IMG/VR virus record: IMGVR_UViG_3300033068_000427
Coordinates: 1 to 64,000 of that record
Direction: 5' to 3' (one strand)
Length of the DNA: 64,000 bases
DNA from: a virus
Taxonomy: Duplodnaviria; Caudoviricetes
A program made the translations under genes and the position numbers. Below the pieces are notes generated by a model that worked only from the letters and a program-made list of their open reading frames with translations, did not search any database and was not told the origin of the DNA. Below, one piece after another: positions 24,820 to 34,484 of the stretch (positions are counted from its first letter, which is position 1; each line of letters starts with the position of its first letter).

Positions 24820-27321
24820 ATGAAACAACAAAATAAGCTTGCACCTACAAAGGAGCAACAAGACATCATCAACACTTTTAAGACAACTCGCGTGCTTAAA
24901 GTGAATGCTTGTGCTGGTAGCGGCAAAGAACAGCCAATCAGTTGCACGGTCAAAACTCCCCAAGGGGATAAGAAGATTGGTAATTTGGAAGTTGGGGATG
25001 TAATATTTGGGAGAGCCGGTAATCCAATCAAAGTCACAGGAGTGTTCCCTCAAGGAGTAAAGGACGTATATGAAGTTATTTTCCGTGATGGGTCTAGGAC
25101 TCGCTGTGGGATCAATCACAATTGGTCTGTCAATACGACGACTATGCGCGACCGTTCAAAGTTCAAAACTATGACACTTGCTCAAATGATGGAGTTCGGT
25201 ATTCGTAACGGAGAGGGTAATTGTAAAATGAAAATCCCCCTCACTGCTCCAGTAGAGTATGAACAAAAAAGACTTATTCTACATCCATACATTCTGGGCG
25301 CTTTTCTTGGGGACGGTAGCTATACTGGACATTCGCCGTCACTCAGTTATCATGCCGACGATTACTATATCTATGATAAAGTGAAAGAACTTTTTCTTAA
25401 AGATCACAATATCATCCTCAACGGAACACCACGGAACACCAGCGCCCTTGGTCGGCAGGTTACTCTTATCGTTGATTCCAAAAACACGGCAAATCCGGTT
25501 ACAGGGATTATCAGAAAGCTAGGTATTGACTCCAGTTGTAAGCATGTCCCTAGTGAGTATCTTCACGGGTCAGTTGAGCAACGCCTTGAACTACTTCGCG
25601 GACTAATGGACACAGACGGGAGCATCCGAGAAAATCGTGTTAGTTTTTCAAATACTAATCTTGGTATTATTGAGGCAGTAAAGTCGTTAGTACAAAGTCT
25701 TGGTGGTACGGCTATTCAGAACAAAACGGACGCTCGGAAAGGGACTTCAGATTGTTACTCACTTAATATTAAAATGTTTATTAACCCATTTAGCCTTCCG
25801 AGGAAGGCTAGTAAGTGGTCGTGTTCACAAAAGAATCCTCCTAGTCGCTATATTACAGAAATTAATAAACTGGACTATCAAGAAGAACAAGTGTGTATCT
25901 CTGTTGATGCTGAGGATAGTCTGTACCTTACTGATGAGTTTATTGTCACGCACAACACTACCATGCTGAAGATGTTGGCTAATGATAACCAACAACCATC
26001 GCTTTATATCTGCTTCAACAAATCTGTAGCAGAAGAGGCTCGTGAGAAGTTTCCCAACCACGTTGAGTGCCGCACTACACACTCACTAGCTTATGCTGAA
26101 CACGGGAAACATATTGCACATAAACTAAAACGCCCAGTTGGAACTTATCGCAACGTTGCTGGTACTTCTTCTGAGATTGCTAAATATTATCGAATCTCTG
26201 ATTACCATATTGGTAATGACGAAATTAAAGCTACCACTATTGCAAGCTTCGCACGTACTGCTGTAGAGCGATTCCAATGTAGTACAGAAGAGAAGTTCTC
26301 TAGCAAGCTTCTTCCCTACTATGAAATCACCACACTTAAAAAGAACCACCCTGCACTAGATATTAAAGACTTTGGAACAGTGGTGCTGAAATACGCTCGG
26401 AAGCTTTGGATGGACAGGACTAACCCTGCATCAGAAGTGATTTGTACACCAGACACTTATCTAAAGCTGTGGCAACTGTCTAAGCCAGTTCTGAACTACG
26501 ACATCATCTATGTGGATGAAAGCCAGGATAGTAACCCAACCGTCCTAGATGTCGTTCGTCGTCAGACACAAAGTAAGGTTTGCTATGTTGGTGATACACA
26601 CCAATCTATTTATCAGTTTCGTGGTGCTGTAAATGCTATGGAACTAATTGATGCACCGTCACTTACACTGTCTAAGTCTTTCCGTTATGGGCAGAAGATC
26701 GCAGATGTAGCCAACTGGCTTATTGGTGATGAAATGGAAGTGAAGGGGCTTGAATCTATTAACTCAATTGTGAAAGATGTTGCCTCAGACCAATATACAA
26801 TGATCTTCCGAACTAATGGTGCACTATTTGAGCGTGCTGTGGACTTGATTGCACAAGGGAAGGAAGTGTTTTGTGAAGTAGACACAAAAGGATTTATTAA
26901 GAAGCTCGAAAGTGCTGATTCACTTTACCGTAAGAATTTCACTGGAGTAAAGCATGAGGACATTACTCCTTACAGCAGTTGGTCTGACTTGAAGACTGCC
27001 TCTGAAGAGGAACCAGAGCTAAAGCGTCTTGTACGGATTGTAGAAAGCAAGCAGACAACGAAGTATGTCTCCACCCTTAGTAATCTAAAGAGTAAGGCTG
27101 GAGCTAGCATCTTACTCACTACAGCACACAAGAGTAAAGGGATGGAGTGGGATAACGTGATTGTAGCTGATGACTTCCCTATTAAACCCTGTATGCAAGA
27201 CAACACGAACACACAAGAAATCAACCTATTCTACGTTGCTGTCACTCGTGCTATCAAAACACTACAACTACCTTATGAAATTCAAGAGATGTTTGAGGAA
27301 TTAGAAGATGAACGAGAGTGA
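24820..27321 (+). CDS. UvrD/Rep-like SF1 helicase containing an intein
   Basis: AGSGK|TT, ICFNK, VDESQD, VGDTHQSIYQFRGA, SFRYG, TAHKSKGMEWD, NLFYVAVTRA. Confidence 0.92.
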   Translation: MKQQNKLAPTKEQQDIINTFKTTRVLKVNACAGSGKEQPISCTVKTPQGDKKIGNLEVGDVIFGRAGNPIKVTGVFPQGVKDVYEVIFRDGSRTRCGINHNWSVNTTTMRDRSKFKTMTLAQMMEFGIRNGEGNCKMKIPLTAPVEYEQKRLILHPYILGAFLGDGSYTGHSPSLSYHADDYYIYDKVKELFLKDHNIILNGTPRNTSALGRQVTLIVDSKNTANPVTGIIRKLGIDSSCKHVPSEYLHGSVEQRLELLRGLMDTDGSIRENRVSFSNTNLGIIEAVKSLVQSLGGTAIQNKTDARKGTSDCYSLNIKMFINPFSLPRKASKWSCSQKNPPSRYITEINKLDYQEEQVCISVDAEDSLYLTDEFIVTHNTTMLKMLANDNQQPSLYICFNKSVAEEAREKFPNHVECRTTHSLAYAEHGKHIAHKLKRPVGTYRNVAGTSSEIAKYYRISDYHIGNDEIKATTIASFARTAVERFQCSTEEKFSSKLLPYYEITTLKKNHPALDIKDFGTVVLKYARKLWMDRTNPASEVICTPDTYLKLWQLSKPVLNYDIIYVDESQDSNPTVLDVVRRQTQSKVCYVGDTHQSIYQFRGAVNAMELIDAPSLTLSKSFRYGQKIADVANWLIGDEMEVKGLESINSIVKDVASDQYTMIFRTNGALFERAVDLIAQGKEVFCEVDTKGFIKKLESADSLYRKNFTGVKHEDITPYSSWSDLKTASEEEPELKRLVRIVESKQTTKYVSTLSNLKSKAGASILLTTAHKSKGMEWDNVIVADDFPIKPCMQDNTNTQEINLFYVAVTRAIKTLQLPYEIQEMFEELEDERE
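24928..25956 (+). mobile_element. Class 3 intein (343 aa) with LAGLIDADG endonuclease, in helicase Walker A
   Basis: EQPI...TPQG start, CGINHNW (block B Trp), LGAFLGDGS and LLRGLMDTDGS, QVCISV (block F Cys), IVTHN|T. Confidence 0.9.
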
Positions 27322-28153
27322 GGGTATTGATTACTTTGAACTAGAGGATTCACACTTTAGTGAGTTTGAAGAACAGTGTAAGTCTCTTGTCTTGACTGAC
27401 AAACAGAAACGTGATCTTCAGATTGAAGCACTAACTAATAACAATCGTGAAATTAAAGCACTAAGAGAAAAGCAACTTCTTATCCTACAAGGACTATCAG
27501 ATAAGGAGAAGCTAAATAAACTCTATGATAGTGTCTGTAAGGCTCATAAAGGGATTCTCCAAGAAGACGGGACACTACCGGAAGTATTGACAGCCTGCTT
27601 TGATGGTGAGTTAGATGATCTTGAATTCCTGTTAGCAAACAGACACACCAGTTTTTATAAATGTGTTGATGTGTTCCTAAAATATAAGGATCACCCTGTA
27701 CAAAAAGAATTGGTGAAGAATAAGGCTGTTTCTTTGCGTGGTGTAAAGAAGAGTAAGACAGCTCATCAACATATGTCCTATATGCACTCAGGAAAGGATG
27801 TGTACAGTAGACAGAAGAAGTTGGAGAAGCAGCTTGATGAGCTTCAAGAAAGGTTAGCACTGAATGAGAGAATTACTACTAGTATCCTTACACAACAAAC
27901 ACTACTTACAGAGTGCGTGATTGGGGTTAAGACTGATGTAGATCAATTAGCTGCCAAGCTTAAAGGTAAGATTACAGACATGCGCAAGGCCGCTGCTTAC
28001 AGTCTCTTAAAGAATGACCCTAAAGCCACTAACTCATCTGTTGCTAAAGTGTTTGATGTAGACCGTAAGACAATCCGTAAGTGGGTAAAGGAAGTACAAC
28101 TTCTACTAGACGAAGATGGAGTTCTTGAAAGTGGGGAAAAAGTTCCCACCTAA
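27308..28153 (+). CDS. Coiled-coil protein with C-terminal HTH
   Basis: TNSSVAKVFDVDRKTIRKWV helix-turn-helix. Confidence 0.6.
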   Translation: MNESEGIDYFELEDSHFSEFEEQCKSLVLTDKQKRDLQIEALTNNNREIKALREKQLLILQGLSDKEKLNKLYDSVCKAHKGILQEDGTLPEVLTACFDGELDDLEFLLANRHTSFYKCVDVFLKYKDHPVQKELVKNKAVSLRGVKKSKTAHQHMSYMHSGKDVYSRQKKLEKQLDELQERLALNERITTSILTQQTLLTECVIGVKTDVDQLAAKLKGKITDMRKAAAYSLLKNDPKATNSSVAKVFDVDRKTIRKWVKEVQLLLDEDGVLESGEKVPT

Positions 28154-29500
28154 AGTGTTAAATTTCTCTAGTAATACAAGTGTTATATAAGAAAAATATC
28201 ACACCCCAATTTTATTTTCTACAAGGCACTCTCTTTAGGTAGGTTAGAGTGCCTTTTCTTGTGCACAAACGATGTGTAAATCTTAAAACCCCAAAATCCC
28301 ACACCCCTATTTTGAGAAGTCGTAATTCTCTTGTAAGGTTTGTAATCATAGGTGGAAAATATCTTATTGGCAAATACCACTTCTTCAGGTGATTGGTTAG
28401 TGTGGAAGGAGAATTAATACAGTCTAGAAAACACCAGCTATACAGGAGCATTGATGTTAGAAACGTAGGATTGATATCTGAGGTGCTATAGTGTCCCTAG
28501 GTCTGTGACCACCACCTCCTTCCATTTTTATGCACAAGAGTTTTTAGAAGGACTTTCTTTTATATTGGAAAATATCCAGATATACAGGAGCATTGTTTGA
28601 CACTCCGCACACCCCACCTCCCCATCTACCCTTTGATTTTCAAATATCCAACCGACCCGATCAGCCCTCCTAGAAGCCCCTTACAGGCCCACCAGCAGAT
28701 TATCCTCATCATACCCATAACCACCTATTGGATGGTGCTATCGAGTCCCCACAGCCCTTACAGGGCCTCCTAGCTCTGTCTGTTACCAAATCTCTATCCT
28801 CCTTTGACTCCTATAGGCTGCGGTGCTAGAACCATGCTGACGCCTAGGTTGTCGAGGGCTGTGACCTGGACATGTCGCCAAGACAGCCGACCATACCTAC
28901 CTACCTTCACTTGTCAAGATCATGATCTATCCTTTGCGATAATGAACGATGCTCACCTTGAGTCGTCTCCAATGTGCATTATCCGATATTGTATATAGTC
29001 GGAAATGAGTAGGCGTGAATTCATCTCAAGGAATGTTCATAGACGCTATTAGACCACGACAGTCGGCTAGACACTGGCTGAGCGTATCTGTGGTTAACAC
29101 ACTTTGACTGAGAATGCAAGGATGTTGTAAAGGATGGATAGTTAGAGAAGTTTATAGTTATTAAAGTGTGTAAATGATGTAAAGGAAGGGTGTTTGAGAA
29201 GGGGATAGGTGGAGGAAATTGGAGGAGGGAGGTTGTAGGGAGTAAAGCGGCTTAACAAATTAGTACGAATCGGCCCAATAAAGCCCGGTAAGGATTGATA
29301 ACAAACAAAGTGGAATCGACTACATACCATGCGCTAACAGTGGTCGATCCATGCCTCAGCTCCATGGTGCAAGATGACTTCTCGTGCGGCTTTGGCTTGT
29401 ATTCCTGTGCCAGAACACTACTCACATATAGTGGGTGCGTTGTTAATAAGACACTAGGCGAAGATACTAGGTGAAAGGTGATGGTAATACCTTCTTGTCC
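28154..29500. other. Long non-coding region where opposing gene blocks converge (candidate genome end/terminal repeat)
   Basis: No credible ORF; direct repeat TATACAGGAGCATTG at 28439 and 28581; C-rich then G/A-rich strand-biased tracts. Confidence 0.45.
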
Positions 29501-29520
29501 TATAGGGTATATAAACGGAA

Positions 29521-29544
29521 AAAGCCCATCATCCGATGGGCTTT
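29521..29544. terminator. Rho-independent terminator (bidirectional)
   Basis: AAAGCCCATC-ATCC-GATGGGCTTT. Confidence 0.7.
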
Positions 29545-29597
29545 GCTTGTTCTAGAGGATTATGGATGTCCCGCGTGGAACATCGAGGACGGAAACG

Positions 29598-29625
29598 AAA
29601 AGCCCCCCAATTAAGGGGGCTTTTT
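29598..29625. terminator. Rho-independent terminator (bidirectional)
   Basis: AAAAGCCCCC-CAATTAA-GGGGGCTTTTT. Confidence 0.75.
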
Positions 29626-30060
29626 AGCATCACAACCAGATACCTTGTTTTTTCATTGCTTCCCCCCTGTACGCTTAAGGCATTCTGCTGCGAAGGTGTA
29701 AACGATGAGGCAGGCGGTGATAGTGGCTAGAATTTCGTGAGGGTACATTGTGTTACTCCTTTGTCTTGCGTTGATTGAGTAAATGTTTCCATTCTAAGCG
29801 CCTGCTAGTGCAAGCCAAGCGCCTATGATTGAAACATCAGTGGTAATCAATTATGGGTTTTATCTCACCCTCAAAGCAATATACGACATCAGTATATATA
29901 TCCCCATCTGTTTCAGCTTGTCACCAAGGGGCTCCCCGTTCCCCAGATTAACGTATACCATCTGGGTCATGGTGTTTCTGTGCGAGCCACACATAAAGCT
30001 AAAGCTTTCAAGATAAATTACAGTATAAGTTTTTATTTTGACCTCCGTTTGTCCTAAGCC

Positions 30061-30423
30061 TTAGAAATTCGCCCAGATAATGCAGTCATCCTCGAATACC
30101 ATCACAGCGGCATGTTCTTGCAAGAACTCTTTTACAGCTTCCAGCTTTTCGTCATCGTCCATTTCTTCCCAATCGGATTGATGGATATTCCATTCGGAGT
30201 AATGCTGCAGCTCCTCGAAGGCGGCGCCGGAGCTAATGGCGTGGCTATACTCACAGCACCAGCCGACGATGTCCACCTCAATATCTTCACCGATGTCGTC
30301 GGAAAGATTTTCCATTGCTTCAGCAAGCAAGCGCCAGCCCTTAGCGCCGAAGTTATCAAGGCGACCGTAGTCAACGGCGAGCTGTACAACGTAGTCTGCG
30401 GCGGCGGTGATTTTGAGAGCCAT
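30061..30423 (-). CDS. Highly acidic early protein
   Basis: About 28 D/E versus 6 K/R in 120 aa; GC-richer than flanks. Confidence 0.8.
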   Translation of the reverse strand: MALKITAAADYVVQLAVDYGRLDNFGAKGWRLLAEAMENLSDDIGEDIEVDIVGWCCEYSHAISSGAAFEELQHYSEWNIHQSDWEEMDDDEKLEAVKEFLQEHAAVMVFEDDCIIWANF

Positions 30424-30473
30424 TTTGATGATCCTTTGTGTTGTGTGGGGGTAGCTTGATAGTAGTGTTTAAC

Positions 30474-30659
30474 TTAGCTGCTGACCATGTCCTGTGCTGT
30501 AGACTTTGCATCTTCAAAGTCGTATGCAAAGCAATCAGCCTCTGCAATATGGGTTCCTTCAATCCACAACTCAACTTGGTACTCTTCCCACTCGTGATCG
30601 TAACGGATTTTTGCAACCTTTCTAGCATCTTTTGACTTTACGATTGCTTTGTGGATCAT
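30474..30659 (-). CDS. Small early hypothetical protein
   Basis: RBS AGGAG; KIRYDHEWEEYQVEL. Confidence 0.7.
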   Translation of the reverse strand: MIHKAIVKSKDARKVAKIRYDHEWEEYQVELWIEGTHIAEADCFAYDFEDAKSTAQDMVSS

Positions 30660-30720
30660 CTTAAAAACTCCTGCGCTTGCTGATTTGTTGAGGTGATTAT
30701 TGGTTGTTTATTTGTTGCTG

Positions 30721-30840
30721 TCAAGCCTTTGTTTTCAGAATTTTTACAATCCAGTTACCTTGTTCTTTGCTTAGACTAACACGCTTTCCTGCTTTTGCGT
30801 GTGTCCATGCTAGTGCGAAAGCTTGTTGTTGTGCGTTCAC
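30721..30840 (-). CDS. Small early hypothetical protein (39 aa, not in ORF track)
   Basis: GTG start after AAGGAG: MNAQQQAFALAWTHAKAGKRVSLSKEQGNWIVKILKTKA. Confidence 0.55.
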   Translation of the reverse strand: MNAQQQAFALAWTHAKAGKRVSLSKEQGNWIVKILKTKA

Positions 30841-30995
30841 CTTTAGCTCCTTTTGCAGCTTGTGCTGCGTTGTTTGCTTTGGTGTGTTCAGTATACGCAG
30901 CTAAGAAAATGAGTCAAAGACCAAAAGCGCATAAAGAGCTAAGTCCTTATACGCTTTCGATAAATCAGCATTCCCTATGAATGAACATATGCGCG

Positions 30996-31024
30996 CGAAT
31001 ACCGCAGTTTTGGTTGCTTGTCAA
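30996..31024 (-). promoter_or_regulatory. Sigma70-like early promoter
   Basis: TTGACA-N17-TATTCG. Confidence 0.55.
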
Positions 31025-31059
31025 TAGGTATTCTTGTGTAGGTCACCCCTGGCATTCTG

Positions 31060-31265
31060 TTATTGATTAGGGAAAATCTGGGACATCCTCAGCCATTTTT
31101 CAATTAGCCGATTTCTGAAACGCTCTCACCCATTTTATGATACACACTATGATACCCCATTTTTGAATTACGAATTTTCTGGAAAGGATTCAGCATTTTT
31201 CATTAGGCATTTTCTGGAAGAGTCTCACCAATTTTAGGTTATCTATTTTCTGGATAATACTCAGC
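31060..31265. repeat. Degenerate short-repeat array
   Basis: TTTTCTGGA x3, TCAGC(C)ATTT x3, CTCACCxATTTT x2 in a non-coding gap. Confidence 0.6.
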
Positions 31266-31268
31266 CAT

Positions 31269-31631
31269 TTACACAGTGTATTCAACGACCTTTATCCCAG
31301 CCTCTTTAATCAAAGCTTGGCACAAAGGACAAGGAGCTGAGTGTACGGGATTTCCTTCGCTATCCACCCTTACAACCACAATCTTATACGCTTTCGCTCC
31401 ATCTTTCAAGCTGTAAATAGCCTTACATTCAGCGTGCCAGAACACCTTATCAGGAAGACCAACACGCTCTCCAGCTCTTTTCATCTTAGGAGATGTTTTT
31501 ATGTAGGAATTTCCACCTTCTGCTAAAATTCTTCCACGCTTACCGGTGATTACAGCGTAGTGCCTTTGTTGACCTTTCTTGTAGGGTGTTTCACAGGCTT
31601 TTTGTATTGCGTAGGAAATTAACTTGCTCAT
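31269..31631 (-). CDS. Small CMP/dCMP-type zinc deaminase-fold protein
   Basis: HYAVI...EGGNS...WHAE...SAPCPLC. Confidence 0.8.
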   Translation of the reverse strand: MSKLISYAIQKACETPYKKGQQRHYAVITGKRGRILAEGGNSYIKTSPKMKRAGERVGLPDKVFWHAECKAIYSLKDGAKAYKIVVVRVDSEGNPVHSAPCPLCQALIKEAGIKVVEYTV

Positions 31632-31670
31632 ATAGCGTTTACGAACACATAGTTTACGATCATTCTGGAT

Positions 31671-32216
31671 TCATTTCAGCAAAGATTGCTTGCACAGCAT
31701 AAGCAACTTCTTGCACACCCAATCTGGAGCATTCTCACCATTCCAGTGGACAAAGATTTTACGTTTGTCTGAGCGAGTAGCCCAGTTCTTCCATTTAGCA
31801 TTTAGATAGGCTTTGTAGGCATCCTCTACACTACCAAAGACTGCAATCTGCTTAAACTCATCGGGAGCAGCAATGACAAAGCTGGTCAGATTTCCATCCT
31901 TGATATTCTGAGGGAGATTCATCACTTGTTCAAGATAGGTGATATATCCATGCACCTTTCCAGTGCGTTTCTTCCACTCTTCCATAAGAGCCACAGCGTG
32001 TTCCAGCACCCAAATGTAGTTGGACGATGTTTCTCGGCACCAGACGCTTGACGGATGGTTGATGTGCGAGGGCTTGGTGCCGCGTTGAATCCCATCAAGA
32101 ACAAAGTGAGCAGCAGACAGAAGTTGAATCGCTTCCTGCAACATTTTATTCACGAGGATAGTGGGTAGATTGGCTGCACTCTTAGTGGGGCACTTGTCGG
32201 TGATGAAGATGTTCAC
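31671..32216 (-). CDS. Pyrimidine-dimer DNA glycosylase (DenV-like) family protein
   Basis: MNIFITDKCP...KMLQEAIQLLSAAH...SHINHPSSVWCRETSSNY; GTG start after GAGGA. Confidence 0.75.
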   Translation of the reverse strand: MNIFITDKCPTKSAANLPTILVNKMLQEAIQLLSAAHFVLDGIQRGTKPSHINHPSSVWCRETSSNYIWVLEHAVALMEEWKKRTGKVHGYITYLEQVMNLPQNIKDGNLTSFVIAAPDEFKQIAVFGSVEDAYKAYLNAKWKNWATRSDKRKIFVHWNGENAPDWVCKKLLMLCKQSLLK

Positions 32217-32428
32217 AAGAAATTCCTCAGGGTGTTTTGAAGCCGTTTTGTGTTCTTGATGTGAATTTTCAAGGATTTTTCCCAGGTTGTCTAGCAATTT
32301 CTTCAGAATTTTTCTGGAAATTTGCTGGGACTTGTCTAGAATTTTCCAGAATTTCTTGTAGCTAGGGTACAAAAATCCCCAGAATCCGTCAAGCCTCTAG
32401 GGAGAGACAGGGTTGTTGATTTTTCTGT

Positions 32429-32971
32429 CTAGTTTTCAATCTTACCCAATATTTTAATCAGCGTACCAACATCTGTCTGATACCCGCAAGGACTTTCAAA
32501 CAAATCATTCTTCATCTGATTCACCCAATGGCAGCACACAACAGTATTTTCTTTTGTATACCCTTTCGTATTATCTTTACGATAAAATGTAGGGCGATTC
32601 TTGTGGTTGTTCTCACGAATGAGTTTCTGACCACTGTAATAGCACGTCTTACGATGCACAATACGCTTCATATCACTAAGCGTCAAAGAAAACTCAATCC
32701 CGCGCTCCTTAGCATTGTTTAGTTTGTGCAGATATAGGCTTGCAAGCTGAGCATCATCATTTACAGCTTGAGGGAAGCTACTACTGTCTTCTGTCGCCAA
32801 TTTAGGCGCAATCCAACCAAGAGCAATCCCTTCTTCTGTAATGTCTTGGATCAGCTTTTCATCCGGCACCACACCGCGCCACTTATTACCTACAAGCATA
32901 CTGCCTTTCATACTGCCAATGTCAGAGAGGATGTTTTCTTTGGTGATCTTGAATTTACTGAGGAGGTTCAT
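32429..32971 (-). CDS. Hypothetical protein with degenerate HNH-like motif (Srd-like)
   Basis: AKERGIEFSL...CYYSG...RKDNTKGYTKENTVVC; family recalled from phage annotations, not verified. Confidence 0.4.
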   Translation of the reverse strand: MNLLSKFKITKENILSDIGSMKGSMLVGNKWRGVVPDEKLIQDITEEGIALGWIAPKLATEDSSSFPQAVNDDAQLASLYLHKLNNAKERGIEFSLTLSDMKRIVHRKTCYYSGQKLIRENNHKNRPTFYRKDNTKGYTKENTVVCCHWVNQMKNDLFESPCGYQTDVGTLIKILGKIEN

Positions 32972-33023
32972 CTTGCAGGTAACCTGTGGTTAGTTTTGAC
33001 TCGTTGAGTGTTCTGTGGCTATT

Positions 33024-33332
33024 CTATTGCACACCAACAGGGCTTGTCAACGACTGCATCAAGGCTGAGAAAGACATTTCAGCAGGTTTGTGTTTCTTTC
33101 GTAGCGACGATTCCGCCCACACTGAGTAAATTTTATAACCTTTGGTTATAAATCCTAGATCATAGTGCCAGCAGTCTTTAAATGTCTCGACTTCAACTCC
33201 TTTATAGATATATCCGCCTTTAGTTATACCCTCAATAACATATTCTCCGTTATACTCACTATGGCGAATACTTTGCAAAATCACTTCCTCACCAACTTGA
33301 AACTTAGGACGATTCATTTCTATCTTCTCCAC
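33024..33332 (-). CDS. Hypothetical protein
   Basis: PKFQVGEEVIL SH3-like start. Confidence 0.6.
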   Translation of the reverse strand: MEKIEMNRPKFQVGEEVILQSIRHSEYNGEYVIEGITKGGYIYKGVEVETFKDCWHYDLGFITKGYKIYSVWAESSLRKKHKPAEMSFSALMQSLTSPVGVQ

Positions 33333-33435
33333 ACAACTTAAGGATTTATGACACGGCTCTAATTACACTACCGTCGGTAGTTAGTTCCACATTGCGTTAA
33401 TTTTATAACGCAAGTCTTTAGCACATAAACACACC

Positions 33436-33642
33436 TCAGTCTACGTCAGTAACCATAAGGCTGTTATGGTGACTGCCAAGTTGGAAGTAACTGACAGCAT
33501 CGCCATCTGCCACCTTGATTGCATACTCCTCCGTCCAACCTTCAAGGTAGTTCGGCTCAACATCTGGATCAGGTTTCGTGCAGTAGCCAATGTAGATGCC
33601 TCCGTAGTAAAGCTTAACAACTTCAAACTTAAGATGACTCAT
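33436..33642 (-). CDS. Hypothetical protein
   Basis: ATG after GAGGAG. Confidence 0.65.
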   Translation of the reverse strand: MSHLKFEVVKLYYGGIYIGYCTKPDPDVEPNYLEGWTEEYAIKVADGDAVSYFQLGSHHNSLMVTDVD

Positions 33643-33798
33643 TTATATCTTACTCCTCAGATGGTACATTCACTACATCACCAAGATGTTTAAGTGAGCA
33701 ACACCACATAAGATACACAACTGCTGAAAGGATGTAAACAGATATAGATAATATTTCTATCCATCCCAATCAGTTCAGGAAAATCTGGAAAGAGCTAC

Positions 33799-34003
33799 CC
33801 TAAGACATCTCATACAGATGAAGGAAGAGGGCTTCTACTGCCCTTACCTTTGCAAACCCTGCGGCCTGCTCTGCTTGGAGATGTCTTAGGCTCATTTCCG
33901 ATCTTCCTCTCCCGTGGAAGCGTCACAGACGCCATCCCAATTCAGACGAGGTTAGATGACCAAATGTTGTTGGCCCATAGACAACACGGGAGCATTGTCT
34001 ATG
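33799..34003 (-). ncRNA. Candidate structured RNA/leader in divergent intergenic region
   Basis: 13-bp perfect inverted repeat 33799-33811/33878-33890 and 9-bp hairpin 33976-34003, downstream of the promoter at 34224-34252. Confidence 0.35.
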
Positions 34004-34223
34004 CTGGGCAGTGGATCAAGTAGGTTTGCCACCACAATCTGTCATTCTCCCACCTACGGGAGCCAGTACACCGATTTCAGATTTCGAGCTACGGTTGTGT
34101 CTAGTACCATTCCTTTTACACACATCAACAGAAGACCAAGCGTTCATAGTTACCGACAAATCTTCTGCCTGAGCTTCTTTCAAAGCTCTTGGGAGGAAGG
34201 GTTAGCTTCTCTCCTTGGGAAGC

Positions 34224-34252
34224 AATATACACAAGTGTTCTGTCGTTGTCAA
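34224..34252 (-). promoter_or_regulatory. Sigma70-like promoter (leftward)
   Basis: TTGACA-N17-TATATT. Confidence 0.7.
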
Positions 34253-34403
34253 CAGCTTTCTTTACCCGTAAGAAGATGAGATATTGCTTGTGTTTTGATG
34301 GCGAAACAGCTAAGGTTTGTTTCGCAACACCATCGTACACCTTTGATGAGAAAAGGGTTTTAGGTGGCTAAATTCCCGTAACAAAGGTGGGTAGAATTTA
34401 CTA

Positions 34404-34432
34404 TTGACAGTTGCTTACTAAAAAGCTAAGAT
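34404..34432 (+). promoter_or_regulatory. Sigma70-like promoter (rightward)
   Basis: TTGACA-N17-TAAGAT. Confidence 0.7.
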
Positions 34433-34484
34433 TGCCCTGTAAACAGTAAAACACCACACGCAGCAGGACACTGGGATAAATAAA

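Noticed and set aside
32217-32372. 52-aa N-terminal extension of the glycosylase ORF
   Set aside because: It translates the T-tract repeat patch; family alignment and RBS point to GTG 32216.
33810-33880. Possible hammerhead ribozyme (CAGATGA)
   Set aside because: The core should be CTGANGA with a GAAA partner; the match is not convincing.
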